From Nitrospinales bacterium (lineage in GTDB: Bacteria; Nitrospinota; Nitrospinia; Nitrospinales; VA-1): a DNA stretch of 64,000 nucleotides. Both the position numbers and the translations under genes were made by a program. Where the stretch lies: contig OZ253496.1 in assembly GCA_965262115.1 (NCBI GenBank), positions 2,016,001-2,080,000 of the forward strand, written 5' to 3'. Shown here in pieces: positions 31,001 to 40,813 of the stretch. Within the stretch, counting starts at the first letter, position 1. Every line of letters begins with the position of its first letter. A model generated the notes under the pieces. It had not been told where the DNA came from. It saw only the letters and a list, made by a program, of their open reading frames with translations, and ran no database searches.

Positions 31001-31684
31001 ATGGAAAAAGATTCACAACAGGCAGGAATCATTCCCCTTTTCCCGTTGCCCTCAACTGTGTTTTATCCCGGCACTCCTTTGCCTCTGCATATTTTTGAGC
31101 CTCGATACCGAAAAATGGCCGCCGATGCCCTGGAAGGCGAACGTAAAATAGGTATGGTTCTTTTAAAACCGGATTGGGAAGCGACCTATTTTGACAAACC
31201 GGCTATCTATCCCATAGGCTGCGTCGGGAGTATTGAAAAGGAAATCCGTCATCCTGACGGAAAATATAATTTTACTCTGGTTGGGTTGCGCCGGTTTCGT
31301 ATCGTGAAGGAAGTGAAAGGAAAACTCTACCGTTGCGCCGAAATTGATCTACTCGAAGAACAGAACGAACAGGCAATCGGTGAAGAACCCAATACCACCC
31401 GCGACGGTTTGATTGAAAGATATAGAGAGTTCACCAGCCTGATTCCCGAGAGCAGTGCGTTGAAAGAGGAACCCGACTGGAACCTGGGCGAAAAACTCAG
31501 CCAGTTTGTCGACCGGTTTGCCTATAGGTTGGATATTCCCCTGGAACAAAAACAATCCTTTCTTGAGGAACAGGATGTGCTAAGCCGCGCCCGGTTCCTT
31601 CACGAGTTCCTTAAAATGAAAATCGATCTCGTCCACCTCTCTAAAGTTCGTAACGTCACTCCCGACTCCGTCCGCTGGAACTGA
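31001..31684 (+). CDS. LON peptidase substrate-binding domain protein
   Basis: IPLFPL..VFYPG.PLPLHIFEPRYR.M. Confidence 0.9.
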   Translation: MEKDSQQAGIIPLFPLPSTVFYPGTPLPLHIFEPRYRKMAADALEGERKIGMVLLKPDWEATYFDKPAIYPIGCVGSIEKEIRHPDGKYNFTLVGLRRFRIVKEVKGKLYRCAEIDLLEEQNEQAIGEEPNTTRDGLIERYREFTSLIPESSALKEEPDWNLGEKLSQFVDRFAYRLDIPLEQKQSFLEEQDVLSRARFLHEFLKMKIDLVHLSKVRNVTPDSVRWN

Positions 31685-31783
31685 CCGGCGAACCGCCGCT
31701 GGCAGATAACAAAAACTTATTAAGCCGAAATGACTTTTTGCCAGCCCAAAAAAGGTATTGCAGTCGCCCCAACGGCTAGTGGG
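31685..31783 (-). repeat. Family H repeat filling a convergent intergenic gap
   Basis: TTAAGCCGAAATGACTTTTTGCCAGC..TATTGCAGTCGCCCCAACGGCTAGTGG. Confidence 0.7.
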
Positions 31784-32549
31784 CGGCTCGCCGCGGAATG
31801 ATCAAACTTAAGCAGGTCACTCCGCCATCGGCTTTTTCGAATTCACTCATTTCCAGTTCGAGGGTTTCAAATCCATGTGCACGAATTTTTTCGCTGATAT
31901 TGGGGAATCCTGCGGGCATCAGGACCCTGTTGCCCAATGCCAGGCAATTGGCGGCGTGGGACTCGTTCTCAGTCACTTCGATCCAGTCAAACTGTTTCAG
32001 GTTTGAAGCATCCACCCGCTTGGGGTCAATGACCAACAGGTTGTTGCCGAGAAAGGTGGCCGCACTTTTAAGATGCAATCCTTTGGTCACGGCGACAGGC
32101 ACTATCTTTTTGGAGGTGAGTTTGGCAAGCGCATGGATAGCTCTCAAATTGGTGCGTTTAGAAAGTCCGACAAAAATTGCATCGGGAGTGTCCATCACAT
32201 CCCCGCCGTCGAGGGTCGCTGGGGAATCGAGGGTTACACAGTCCCCATATGTTTTCAGCACAGCAGCGGTGGATTGGACTTCATCCTGACGCGAGAGTTC
32301 TTTCATCGGGCAAAGCAGGATTTCATCTGCAAGGATAACGGCGGTGTCTTCCACAAACGTGGCATCAGGGAGGTTATCTTGAATGGGCAGGTACTCCACT
32401 TTGCATCCGGCCCGCTTGAGAGCTTCCACATAATTTTCGTGTTGGCTGAGAGCGGTTGCAAGGTCGATATTATTCTTCCCCGGATGCTCCGATAAAGCCT
32501 GGGGGAATTTCAGGCCAGGTTTTCTCACTAATGCCGTGAACGTGGGCAT
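31776..32549 (-). CDS. Dimethylargininase / amidinotransferase family protein
   Basis: PDATFVEDTA, LDGGDV, GLSKRTN, HLKS, DGGVTCLS. Confidence 0.9.
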   Translation of the reverse strand: MPTFTALVRKPGLKFPQALSEHPGKNNIDLATALSQHENYVEALKRAGCKVEYLPIQDNLPDATFVEDTAVILADEILLCPMKELSRQDEVQSTAAVLKTYGDCVTLDSPATLDGGDVMDTPDAIFVGLSKRTNLRAIHALAKLTSKKIVPVAVTKGLHLKSAATFLGNNLLVIDPKRVDASNLKQFDWIEVTENESHAANCLALGNRVLMPAGFPNISEKIRAHGFETLELEMSEFEKADGGVTCLSLIIPRRAAH

Positions 32550-32569
32550 ACGAGGCTTCCTTCAGCGAT

Positions 32570-33043
32570 TCAGTCGCAGGTGGGGGTGTTCATCATCCGG
32601 GAAAAATAAAGCATGGGAAAAAGCTTTTTGGCTTTCCTGAGAATTTTCATGGTGGCCTTGTTGGGTTTGAGTCCATTCGCGATTTTGTCAGGCCGGGCGA
32701 TATAAGTCAGTCCACTAATCATGGTGAAATCGTGGCGGTTAAAACGCATGACTTTGCGTTGATATTCATCGGGGTGACCAAAAATTTTATCCAGTTGAGG
32801 AACAAACCTTTCTTCTACTGCATAAAGCTCTCCATGCATCATCCCGGCATTATCATTGGTTGGCTCGATGTTGGCTAACCCTAGTTCTTTTTGTCCTCCG
32901 TTATCGATGGGGACTTTGTTGAAGACCAGTTGCCAGGCCGAGAGCGTTACGGAAGATTTGAATACATATTCCAGTCCCTGTTCCTTAAAATAATCTTCAT
33001 TGATCAATTCGTTGTACGCGAAAAAATGGATGACATCAGCCAT
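32570..33043 (-). CDS. Gamma-glutamylcyclotransferase-like protein
   Basis: N-terminal FFAY, LVFNK...ANIEP...GELY..LD pattern. Confidence 0.65.
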   Translation of the reverse strand: MADVIHFFAYNELINEDYFKEQGLEYVFKSSVTLSAWQLVFNKVPIDNGGQKELGLANIEPTNDNAGMMHGELYAVEERFVPQLDKIFGHPDEYQRKVMRFNRHDFTMISGLTYIARPDKIANGLKPNKATMKILRKAKKLFPMLYFSRMMNTPTCD

Positions 33044-33325
33044 TATTAATACTCCTGTTCCAAGTCATTTAACTTATGGGCCTTATTTGATTTCACCCCA
33101 GGGTCCCCGGCAAAGAGCTTGCCGGTCATGGGGAAATTATGATAGTATCAAAAAAATCATTCCTACGTGGTCGTCATTTTCAGTTTGATGGGTATAATTT
33201 TCAAGCCAGGGCGATTCTTGCAAAATGAATTATCAGCAATAGACTGATTCTATAAAAATATATATATTTTCCCGGAAGAATTCGATTAAAGGGTGATTAT
33301 TTCTTTCTAATTTAAGGAGTTGTTT

Positions 33326-33658
33326 ATGTCAGCCAAAGTGGTCACGGTTTCCGACGCCGAATTTGAGCAAACGGTTCTAAAGTCTGACAAGCCGGTTATG
33401 CTGGATTTCTGGGCCGAGTGGTGCCAGCCCTGCAAAATGCTCACGCCTACCGTTGAAGAGCTTGCTGGGGATTTTGAGGATCAAATCCTGGTGGGGAAAA
33501 TAAATGTGGATGATAACCCCACTACCGCAACCACATATGGCATCCGCGGTATCCCGACTCTGCTTTTCATCAAGGGGGGACAGGTGGTTCAGCAGATTGT
33601 AGGGGTAAAATCGAAAGCGGAAATCAAGAAAGTCATCGAGGAAAACCTGCTGGCTTAG
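33326..33658 (+). CDS. trxA: Thioredoxin
   Basis: DFWAEWCQPCK, GIRGIPTL. Confidence 0.93.
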   Translation: MSAKVVTVSDAEFEQTVLKSDKPVMLDFWAEWCQPCKMLTPTVEELAGDFEDQILVGKINVDDNPTTATTYGIRGIPTLLFIKGGQVVQQIVGVKSKAEIKKVIEENLLA

Positions 33659-33691
33659 ACCAACTGGCTTTCCATAAGAGTTTAAATAAAT

Positions 33692-33728
33692 AAACCCCCT
33701 TTTCCCGATTGGTAAAAGGGGGTTTTGT
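33692..33728 (+). terminator. Intrinsic terminator after trxA (possibly bidirectional)
   Basis: AAACCCCCTTTT...AAAAGGGGGTTTT. Confidence 0.7.
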
Positions 33729-33746
33729 TGTTTTGACCGGGCCACG

Positions 33747-33857
33747 CTCCTTGGCAGGAGGGGAACTGGGCAAGAACCCGTTAAGCCGAGACAACTCGTT
33801 GCTCGCCAGCAAAAGTTATGGCTACTGGCCCCCGCCGAGTGGGCGGAGGTTCTCCGC
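33747..33857 (-). repeat. Family H repeat at the bioB stop
   Basis: TTAAGCCGAGACAACTCGTTGC..CTGGCCCCCGCCGAGTGG-GCGGAGGTTCTCCGC. Confidence 0.78.
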
Positions 33858-34849
33858 TAAATAGAGGTATAGACCGGGCGCAGTCCCAAGCCTTCGATCA
33901 TGTCGATATCTCTTTTCGGGTCTTGGCCTTTGGTCGTGAGATAGTTGCCTCCCAGAATTCCGTTGGCCCCGGCAGAGAACAGTCGTTCCTGCTGGTCGGT
34001 CAGCACTTCTTCCCGTCCTCCGCAGACGAACAGGTCGATATCCGGTAAGATCAGCCGCAAAAGGGCGATGGTTCTGAGGGCCTCATAATGTTCCATGGGT
34101 TCCAGATGGTCGAGCCCGGTTCCCTCAATCGGTTTTAGAAAATTGATAGGAAAAGATTGTGTGCCCAACTCGCGAATGGAAAAAGCCAGTTCGGCCCTTT
34201 GCGCGAACGATTCCCCCATCCCGAAGATTCCGCCCACGCAGACTTGCAGTCCCGCCTCCTTGGCGTTTTGTACGGCATTGACCTCATCTTCATAGGTATG
34301 GGTGGTAACGATTTTATCAAAATGGCTTTTTGCAGTTTCCAGATTATGGTGGCACCGATCCAGTCCCGCCGCTTTCAACTCCTTCAAATGTTCCAATGGC
34401 ATCAGCCCCAGGGAGCAGCAGGTTTCAAGCTGGGTTTCAGCCTTGATACGTTTAATGGCTTCTATCACCCGGTCCAATTCCTTTCGGTCATCGAGAGAAG
34501 TTCCAGAAGCAACGATGGAAAATTCATTAGATCCAAACGCTTCAGCCTCTTTCGCGGCAGCAACGATTTCCTCGACATCCATGAGCTCATATTCAGGCGA
34601 ATCAGTCTTGAACGAGCTCGATTGTGCACAGAAGGAACAGTCTTCCACGCACCGACCGGATTTTGCGTTGACGATGGAGCAGATTTTAACGTCCTGTCCT
34701 TTATACTGCTCACGAATGCGGTTGGTCCCTATAAAGAGATAGTCCAGTTCGTCGTGGCTCAGCGATTCCAGTTGTAAAGCCTGGTCATAAGAAATCGATT
34801 GGCCTTTCAAGGCGGTGTCGACCATAGAATCTATCAATTCTTTACGCAT
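33857..34849 (-). CDS. bioB: Biotin synthase
   Basis: NAKSGRCVEDCSFCAQS, HNLET, PINFL, GNYLTT. Confidence 0.95.
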   Translation of the reverse strand: MRKELIDSMVDTALKGQSISYDQALQLESLSHDELDYLFIGTNRIREQYKGQDVKICSIVNAKSGRCVEDCSFCAQSSSFKTDSPEYELMDVEEIVAAAKEAEAFGSNEFSIVASGTSLDDRKELDRVIEAIKRIKAETQLETCCSLGLMPLEHLKELKAAGLDRCHHNLETAKSHFDKIVTTHTYEDEVNAVQNAKEAGLQVCVGGIFGMGESFAQRAELAFSIRELGTQSFPINFLKPIEGTGLDHLEPMEHYEALRTIALLRLILPDIDLFVCGGREEVLTDQQERLFSAGANGILGGNYLTTKGQDPKRDIDMIEGLGLRPVYTSI

Positions 34850-34901
34850 TGAATTTTTCGTTCTCTAAGGGTTGAAATGAGGGCCTTATCATAGAGCTTC
34901 T

Positions 34902-36986
34902 TCACTCATAACTCAATAGATTCACCAATTCTTCTGCAGAATGGACGGGAGCGAGGCAGATCCCTTGTCGACAGACATAAGCGGTGCCTTTTCCTTTCAC
35001 CAGTTTCCGGTCTTTTAACAGGGGGATTGATTTCCCGGCGCTTTCAATTTCGTCCTCATAGGAGAAGGCAAAAACTGCGTTCGGATAAAACCCTTTACGC
35101 AGGGTATCGAGCAGTTCCTGTGTGGCGGGGTCATTTCTTTTTCCCACCACGGCAACCTCTTTGAGTCCGCCAAGATATAAATGCAGAGCCTGGAGCATGA
35201 AGGCCGAGTTGAGGCCATACTCCATCAGTTCGTCATTAAAACTTAAAAATATCTTTTCTGCCTTTTGGGACAGGGCGGGGTCGGCCAGATAGGCGGAAAG
35301 CCGTAGCAGGGATAGGGCCGCGTTGCTGTTTCCGGCAGGTTCTACCCCATCGTAGCCGCTGATTTGCCTCACCAACAACTCTTCCCCGTCGCTCGCTGTC
35401 TCGTGAAACGTGCCGTTTTCATTGTAGAATTTGTCCTCCACCCTCTGCATTAGTTCGCGAGCGGTTTGAATATAATGGGGTTCATAAGTGGCTTCATACA
35501 AGTCCATGCAGGCCGTGGCAGTGGCGGTGTAATCGCACAGGTAGCCGTCATAGCGAGCTTCTCCATCGCGATAGCGCCGCAGGATTTTTCCTTCAGGCGT
35601 GCGTAACCGGGTGAGAATAAACTCCATGGCGCGTGCAGATTTCTGTATCCGATCTACATCGTCCAGCACCCTTCCTGTTTTTGCCATGGCGCTGATCATC
35701 AGGGCATTCCAGGAAGTGAGAATCTTGTCATCGAGCAGAGGGCGGATGCGCTGACTGCGAACTTCAAGAAGCTTTTCCCGGGCGCTTTCAAGTTCGGCCC
35801 TGGCATCGGCCTCCTGCATACCCACTTCTTTGGCGACAGTTTCCGGTCCCCGGGTGACGTTTAAAATATTTTTGCCTTCAAAGTTTCCGTCAGGAGTGAT
35901 GTTGTAATAGGAGATCGCAACGCTTGCGGTTTTTCTTCCGAGAATCTTTTCGACTTCCTCCTGAGTCCATACATAAAACTTGCCTTCAACTCCTTCGCTG
36001 TCGGCATCTTCAGCGCTGAAGAAGGCGCCTTCTTCGGAAGTCATATCCCGGTCAATATATTGCAAAAGGTCGTTGGCAAACTCGGCGAACTCTTTTTTAC
36101 CGGAGACCTGATAGGTTTCAATCAAAGCGGTGGTGAACAGGGCGTTATCATAGAGCATTTTCTCGAAATGCGGCACCAGCCATTTGTAATCTGTGCTGTA
36201 ACGCGAAAGTCCCCCACCGATCTGGTCATAAATTCCGCCATACTTCATAGCCTTGAGCGTATTTTCTGTCATCGTCAGGCTGTTGGCGTGTCCCGTGCGG
36301 TGATATTGCCGGAGCAGGAGTGACAGGCCCATCGAAGGCGGAAATTTATTTTGCTGTTGAAACTGAAAGCCGTGGTTGAGCCGGTCATAATGTTTTTCAA
36401 ATAGCTCGACGGTTTTGTCTTCCCCGGCAAAGTCCAAATCGTCCGGCTCGGCGGAGCTCGGTTCGCGGGTGGAAGATTGGCGGATATAGTCCACCAGAGC
36501 TTTAGTCTGCTTGCCAATTTTGTCCTGCTCGTTTTTCCAGGTATTGATGAGAAACTGCAGGACATCCAGAAAAGAGGGTAAGTTATGGCGGCGCTCAGGC
36601 GGGAAATAAGTGCCGCCGTAAAAAGGGATCCCGTCCGGTGTCAGAAATACATTGAGCGGCCAGCCACCCTGCTGGCCCAAAGCCTGCACCGCTTGCATGT
36701 AGATACTGTCGACATCCGGTCTCTCTTCGCGATCCACCTTGATGCTGACGAAACTTTCATTGAGCACTGCCGCCAGAACCGGGTCTTCAAACGATTCATT
36801 CTCCATCACATGGCACCAGTGGCAAGTGGCATAGCCGATGCTCACCAGAACCGGCAGGTTTTTTTCCTTGGCGATCTTGAATGGTTCGTCGCCCCACGGA
36901 TGCCAGTTAACCGGATTGTGTGCGTGTTGCAGAAGATAAGGACTTTTTTCTGTTATGAGTAAATTTGTGTAGGTGTGTTCAACCAT
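34902..36986 (-). CDS. YyaL/DUF255 thioredoxin-domain protein
   Basis: [43 protein letters not shown]. Confidence 0.93.
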   Translation of the reverse strand: MVEHTYTNLLITEKSPYLLQHAHNPVNWHPWGDEPFKIAKEKNLPVLVSIGYATCHWCHVMENESFEDPVLAAVLNESFVSIKVDREERPDVDSIYMQAVQALGQQGGWPLNVFLTPDGIPFYGGTYFPPERRHNLPSFLDVLQFLINTWKNEQDKIGKQTKALVDYIRQSSTREPSSAEPDDLDFAGEDKTVELFEKHYDRLNHGFQFQQQNKFPPSMGLSLLLRQYHRTGHANSLTMTENTLKAMKYGGIYDQIGGGLSRYSTDYKWLVPHFEKMLYDNALFTTALIETYQVSGKKEFAEFANDLLQYIDRDMTSEEGAFFSAEDADSEGVEGKFYVWTQEEVEKILGRKTASVAISYYNITPDGNFEGKNILNVTRGPETVAKEVGMQEADARAELESAREKLLEVRSQRIRPLLDDKILTSWNALMISAMAKTGRVLDDVDRIQKSARAMEFILTRLRTPEGKILRRYRDGEARYDGYLCDYTATATACMDLYEATYEPHYIQTARELMQRVEDKFYNENGTFHETASDGEELLVRQISGYDGVEPAGNSNAALSLLRLSAYLADPALSQKAEKIFLSFNDELMEYGLNSAFMLQALHLYLGGLKEVAVVGKRNDPATQELLDTLRKGFYPNAVFAFSYEDEIESAGKSIPLLKDRKLVKGKGTAYVCRQGICLAPVHSAEELVNLLSYE

Positions 36987-37010
36987 TTCTTTGTTGTGGA
37001 ATTGTCTTTT

Positions 37011-38264
37011 CTAAAGCTCTTCGAATCGCCGGAAAAAATCCGGAAATGATTTTTCCACGCAAGTGGGATTTTTGATACGGACTCCAGGTATTTTTAATCC
37101 GGCCACCGCGAAGCTCATGGCCATGCGGTGGTCGTTATAAGTTTCGATTTCGGTGCCCGAATAATCTCCCGGTTTTACGATGAGGGTGTCTTCTCCGGCT
37201 TCGATTTCCGCGCCCAGACGGGTTAATTCTGCCGCCAATGCATAGATGCGGTCGGTTTCTTTGATCCTGAGGTTGCCGATCCCCTGAATCACGGTTTCCC
37301 CTTTGGCGAATAGAGCTGTTACGGCCAAGGTCTGCACTGCATCCGGCATATTATTCATATTGATGGTGATTCCCCTTAAAGGGTTTCCTTTTATATGCAG
37401 GGTGTTGGCTTTTTTTTCTACCTGGCACCCCATTTTTTCCAGAACCGAAGTGAATTGCGCGTCTCCCTGAACGCTGTCGGGATTGATACCGGTGAGGGTC
37501 ACTTCTCCACCAGTCACTGCTGCTGCTGCCAGAAAATAAGAGGCGCTCGACCAGTCGCTTTCCACCCGGTAGGTCTGGGATTTATAGCGGTCTCCGGCTT
37601 TGATTTTGAAACGCTGATAACTCTCATTTTCAACATGGACCCCGAAAGTCTTCATGATGTCGAGAGTAATGTCGGCATAAGATTTGGAAGTGAGGTCTCC
37701 CTGGATATGAACGCAGGTGTCGTTTTTGAAATAAGGCGCTGAAAGTAAAATGGAAGTGAGATATTGACTGCTTTTATCACCGGCGAGTTTGATCTCTCCT
37801 CCCGGTACTTCTCCGCCTGCAATATCTATCGGCGGACAGCCGTTGCCATTAGCCGATACCGCCTGGACTCCCATTTGCGTGAGACAATCCAGAAGGTCTG
37901 CCAGAGGCCTTTCGTGCATGCGTTCATCACCGTCGAGCCGGGTTTTCCCTGGTGCCAGGGCAGAAAAGGTTGTGAGAAACCGCATGGTGGTTCCAGCGTT
38001 GCCAATAAAAATATCTTCGCCGGGTGAGGAAAGTTTTCCACCCGTTCCGGAAACGATAAAGGTTTCTTTTTCTTCCTGAACCGGAATTCCGAAGGCTTTA
38101 AGAGCGCGGATCATGTATTTCGTGTCATCGCTCACCAGCGGTTTTTCTAAACGGCATTCTCCATCGGTGAGTCCGGCGATCAGCAATGCCCGATTGGTAT
38201 AACTTTTAGAGCCGGGAAGGGTGACAGTCGCTTTAAGATTCTGTACAGGCTTAATTTCTATCAA
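37011..38264 (-). CDS. aroA: EPSP synthase
   Basis: PGSKSYTNR, GNAGTTMRF, SSQYL, KETDRI, DHRMAM. Confidence 0.96.
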   Translation of the reverse strand: MIEIKPVQNLKATVTLPGSKSYTNRALLIAGLTDGECRLEKPLVSDDTKYMIRALKAFGIPVQEEKETFIVSGTGGKLSSPGEDIFIGNAGTTMRFLTTFSALAPGKTRLDGDERMHERPLADLLDCLTQMGVQAVSANGNGCPPIDIAGGEVPGGEIKLAGDKSSQYLTSILLSAPYFKNDTCVHIQGDLTSKSYADITLDIMKTFGVHVENESYQRFKIKAGDRYKSQTYRVESDWSSASYFLAAAAVTGGEVTLTGINPDSVQGDAQFTSVLEKMGCQVEKKANTLHIKGNPLRGITINMNNMPDAVQTLAVTALFAKGETVIQGIGNLRIKETDRIYALAAELTRLGAEIEAGEDTLIVKPGDYSGTEIETYNDHRMAMSFAVAGLKIPGVRIKNPTCVEKSFPDFFRRFEEL

Positions 38265-38433
38265 GGTCTGAAAAAAATTGAGGGTTTAAAGTAAGGAAAT
38301 ATACCACAGCCCCACGCCTAGTGGGCCCGACTGTTGTTTCGATTGGGGGATTCTGATATGATCGGATTTTCTAAAGGGGTTCGGTTCAATTATCTTTATG
38401 TTTTTAAAGGCTCTTGGGTAGTGGGGTGTGGGT

Positions 38434-38727
38434 ATGGCCGAGAATGAAAAAGAATCCTTATGGTACCGGTTGTGGGATCACAGGCAACTGAAAGAGAAAC
38501 AGCGTCTGCGGTCGTTTGTCCCTTATATCCTTTATGGGATCGCAGTTTTTTACGGGATCATTTATTTGTCAATTCTCAATACTGTCAACCGGGAGAAAAC
38601 AGGGACCACCGTTAAAACCTGGTTTGGAGGAGATAGCCAGGCAATCATTGACGCCAGAGTAAAAGAAGAACAGGAAATTAAAGAAAGTTTTAAAGCTTTG
38701 CGCAAACGTGTCTCCGGTGGCCACTAG
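38434..38727 (+). CDS. Small hypothetical membrane protein
   Basis: One TM segment; plausible ORF. Confidence 0.55.
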   Translation: MAENEKESLWYRLWDHRQLKEKQRLRSFVPYILYGIAVFYGIIYLSILNTVNREKTGTTVKTWFGGDSQAIIDARVKEEQEIKESFKALRKRVSGGH

Positions 38728-38805
38728 CCAGCGTGACGCTGGACCCAAATTATAATAGCTTTTGTTTGCCAGCAAAGAGTAATCTCGGCTGAATAAGTAA
38801 AAAAG
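38721..38805 (+). repeat. Family H repeat overlapping a stop codon
   Basis: CCACTAG-CCAGCGTGACGCTGG..ATAGCTTTTGTTTGCCAGCAAAGAGTAATCTCGGCTGAA. Confidence 0.78.
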
Positions 38806-38847
38806 CAAGTCTTGTGATAGAAGAAAGTTTGATTTCCCCCTGATAAG

Positions 38848-39028
38848 GAGAGCTTTGCATAACCAGAGACTCTCATTGATCCTCCCCTCTCATGAGGGGA
38901 GGCAAGGCGTAGCTGCGGAGGGGTGTGGATTATTTTTACGGAATTCATAATCCAACCCTCCCCTGGCCCCTCCCTATGAAGGGAGGGGAAATTTCTGCTT
39001 CCGCATTTTCTACTTACGCAAAGGTCTC
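38848..39028. mobile_element. 181-bp MITE, copy 3 (same TIRs, different interior)
   Basis: GAGAGCTTTGCATAA / TTACGCAAAGGTCTC; 9-bp TSD CCTGATAAG at 38839-38847 and 39029-39037. Confidence 0.88.
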
Positions 39029-39059
39029 CCTGATAAGGGGGAATGAGGGGGTTTAGGTT

Positions 39060-39125
39060 GTCATGCTGGGCTAGTGATATTTGACCTTTGAATTCTTGCC
39101 CCGCAGGGGTATCTCGAAGCATCTC
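39060..39125 (+). repeat. GTCATGCTG..TCGAAGCATC REP-like motif carrying a micro-element (39074-39111)
   Basis: Nearly identical to the interior of MITE copies 1 and 2. Confidence 0.8.
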
Positions 39126-39194
39126 GCTCCTATGATTTTTCGACTTGCGTAGCGGTAAAAAATTGTTTCTAACTGTTTGCGGAGATATTCCTCC

Positions 39195-39743
39195 ATGAAA
39201 CGTTTAGTATTTATTTCTAACTGGTTTTACCTGTTTTCTCTCTGCCTGTGGGTCGGGGGCATGTTCCTGTTGGGTATTCTGGTGGAAATCATGGTGCGGA
39301 TTAATTTGAAGGACCAGCCACAGGTGGCCAGTACCATCATGAACAAAGTCATGGATGTTTTCAATGTCCATATCATCTATACCTGCATCACATTTATGGT
39401 TTTGGCTGAGGTGATCAAGTTTCTCGTGGCCCGATACAGTTCTGCCGGTTATGAACCGCAAGTGGTGACAAAACGTAAATACACCCGCGAGGTGTGCCTG
39501 GCGGTCATGATCGTTTTGGCTTTGTATATTGGTAGCGTTCTCAGGCCAGAGATGCACGCCATGGACCAACTCAAGAAAGCCAATCCCGCCGACCAGAGAC
39601 TACAAATCCAATTCGATCGTTTCCATTCCAAGCTGACCTGGATTTATACGGTAAATATGATTCTGGGTCTGAGCTTGTTCTATATTAACGGCAAGGAGAT
39701 GGCCCACTTCCGGGCTACTGGGCGTGAGGCCAATGAGCAATAG
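39195..39743 (+). CDS. DUF4149-like membrane protein
   Basis: LWVGGMF, four TM segments, FDRFHSK. Confidence 0.7.
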   Translation: MKRLVFISNWFYLFSLCLWVGGMFLLGILVEIMVRINLKDQPQVASTIMNKVMDVFNVHIIYTCITFMVLAEVIKFLVARYSSAGYEPQVVTKRKYTREVCLAVMIVLALYIGSVLRPEMHAMDQLKKANPADQRLQIQFDRFHSKLTWIYTVNMILGLSLFYINGKEMAHFRATGREANEQ

Positions 39744-39835
39744 CTTATTACTGCTGACAACTGTGTCCTCGGCTCCAGGAGCCATTGCCCAATTTACCCC
39801 TCCCAGGGGAATGGGCCGAGAGGCCGACTGAGGGC

Positions 39836-40807
39836 ATGATAAAGATATTGCAAGTTACCAGCGGAGGTTCTCCGCTTAAGTGGGTGTTGGTATGTTCTGC
39901 CTTTTTTCTTTTTGGGGTTTCTTCTGTTCAGGCTAAGCATGCTGGTGTGGAGCATGATGAGTCTGGAGAATCCAAAACTTCCATCGCCCGACTCGATCCC
40001 GATGACGTTTTAAATATGTCCTTCATTCAAGCCGGTAAATTTGTCCGGGGTTCCAATTTTGAAGGGAACAAGGAGGCTTTTAAAATGTGCCGCAGGTATG
40101 ATAAGTCCTGCAAGCTCTGGTGGTTCTCCGATGAGTACTCAGAGAAACTGGTGATGTTGGACAATTACTGGATAGATATTGATGAAGTGACCAATGAAAA
40201 ATATTTGGAGTTTGTCAAAGCCACCGGGCACCCCCCTGCTTTAGATGATTCCTGTAGCACCGATGCGTGCCGGGAAGGAAACTTGTGGGAGGGAGCATCT
40301 TTTCCTCGGATGATCCGTAAGCAACCTGTTACACAGATAAGCTGGTATGATGCGAAAGCCTACTGCAAATGGCGGAGCAAGCGTCTGCCTACGGAAGCGG
40401 AGTGGGAAAAAGCTGCCCGCGGTCCCGCTGGGAGCATGTACCCATGGGGCAATGCCTCCCCCAAGGGCCGGGCCACCTTTAATCGAAAATGGAAAGGGGT
40501 CCTCACCATGACCAATGTTGGCAGTTACCCTAACGGAGTCTCCCTTTATGGATTGCATGATATGGCTGGTAATGTCTGGGAATGGGTGGACGACTGGTAT
40601 CACCGTACCTATTATACTCGAGGCCCTAAAAATAATCCCAAGGGCTATACCGAGGGCGAGTTTAAATCCCTTCGCGGTGGGTCTTGGGTCAATTTTCCCG
40701 ATTCCTTGCGGAGTGCGTTTCGCAGGTGGAGTCGGCCCGATGTCCGGTTCAACGATACTGGTTTTCGTTGCGCTAGGTCCGCATCCCCTGATTTTGAATT
40801 CAGATAA
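39836..40807 (+). CDS. FGE-sulfatase-domain protein (start uncertain)
   Basis: EVTNEKY, RLPTEAEWEKAARG, DMAGNVWEWV, RGGSW, TGFRC. Confidence 0.88.
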   Translation: MIKILQVTSGGSPLKWVLVCSAFFLFGVSSVQAKHAGVEHDESGESKTSIARLDPDDVLNMSFIQAGKFVRGSNFEGNKEAFKMCRRYDKSCKLWWFSDEYSEKLVMLDNYWIDIDEVTNEKYLEFVKATGHPPALDDSCSTDACREGNLWEGASFPRMIRKQPVTQISWYDAKAYCKWRSKRLPTEAEWEKAARGPAGSMYPWGNASPKGRATFNRKWKGVLTMTNVGSYPNGVSLYGLHDMAGNVWEWVDDWYHRTYYTRGPKNNPKGYTEGEFKSLRGGSWVNFPDSLRSAFRRWSRPDVRFNDTGFRCARSASPDFEFR

Positions 40808-40813
40808 CCATTT

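Noticed and set aside
1470..40807. Three FGE/C-type-lectin-fold genes as possible diversity-generating retroelement targets
   Set aside because: No reverse transcriptase and no template/variable repeat pair seen in the window.
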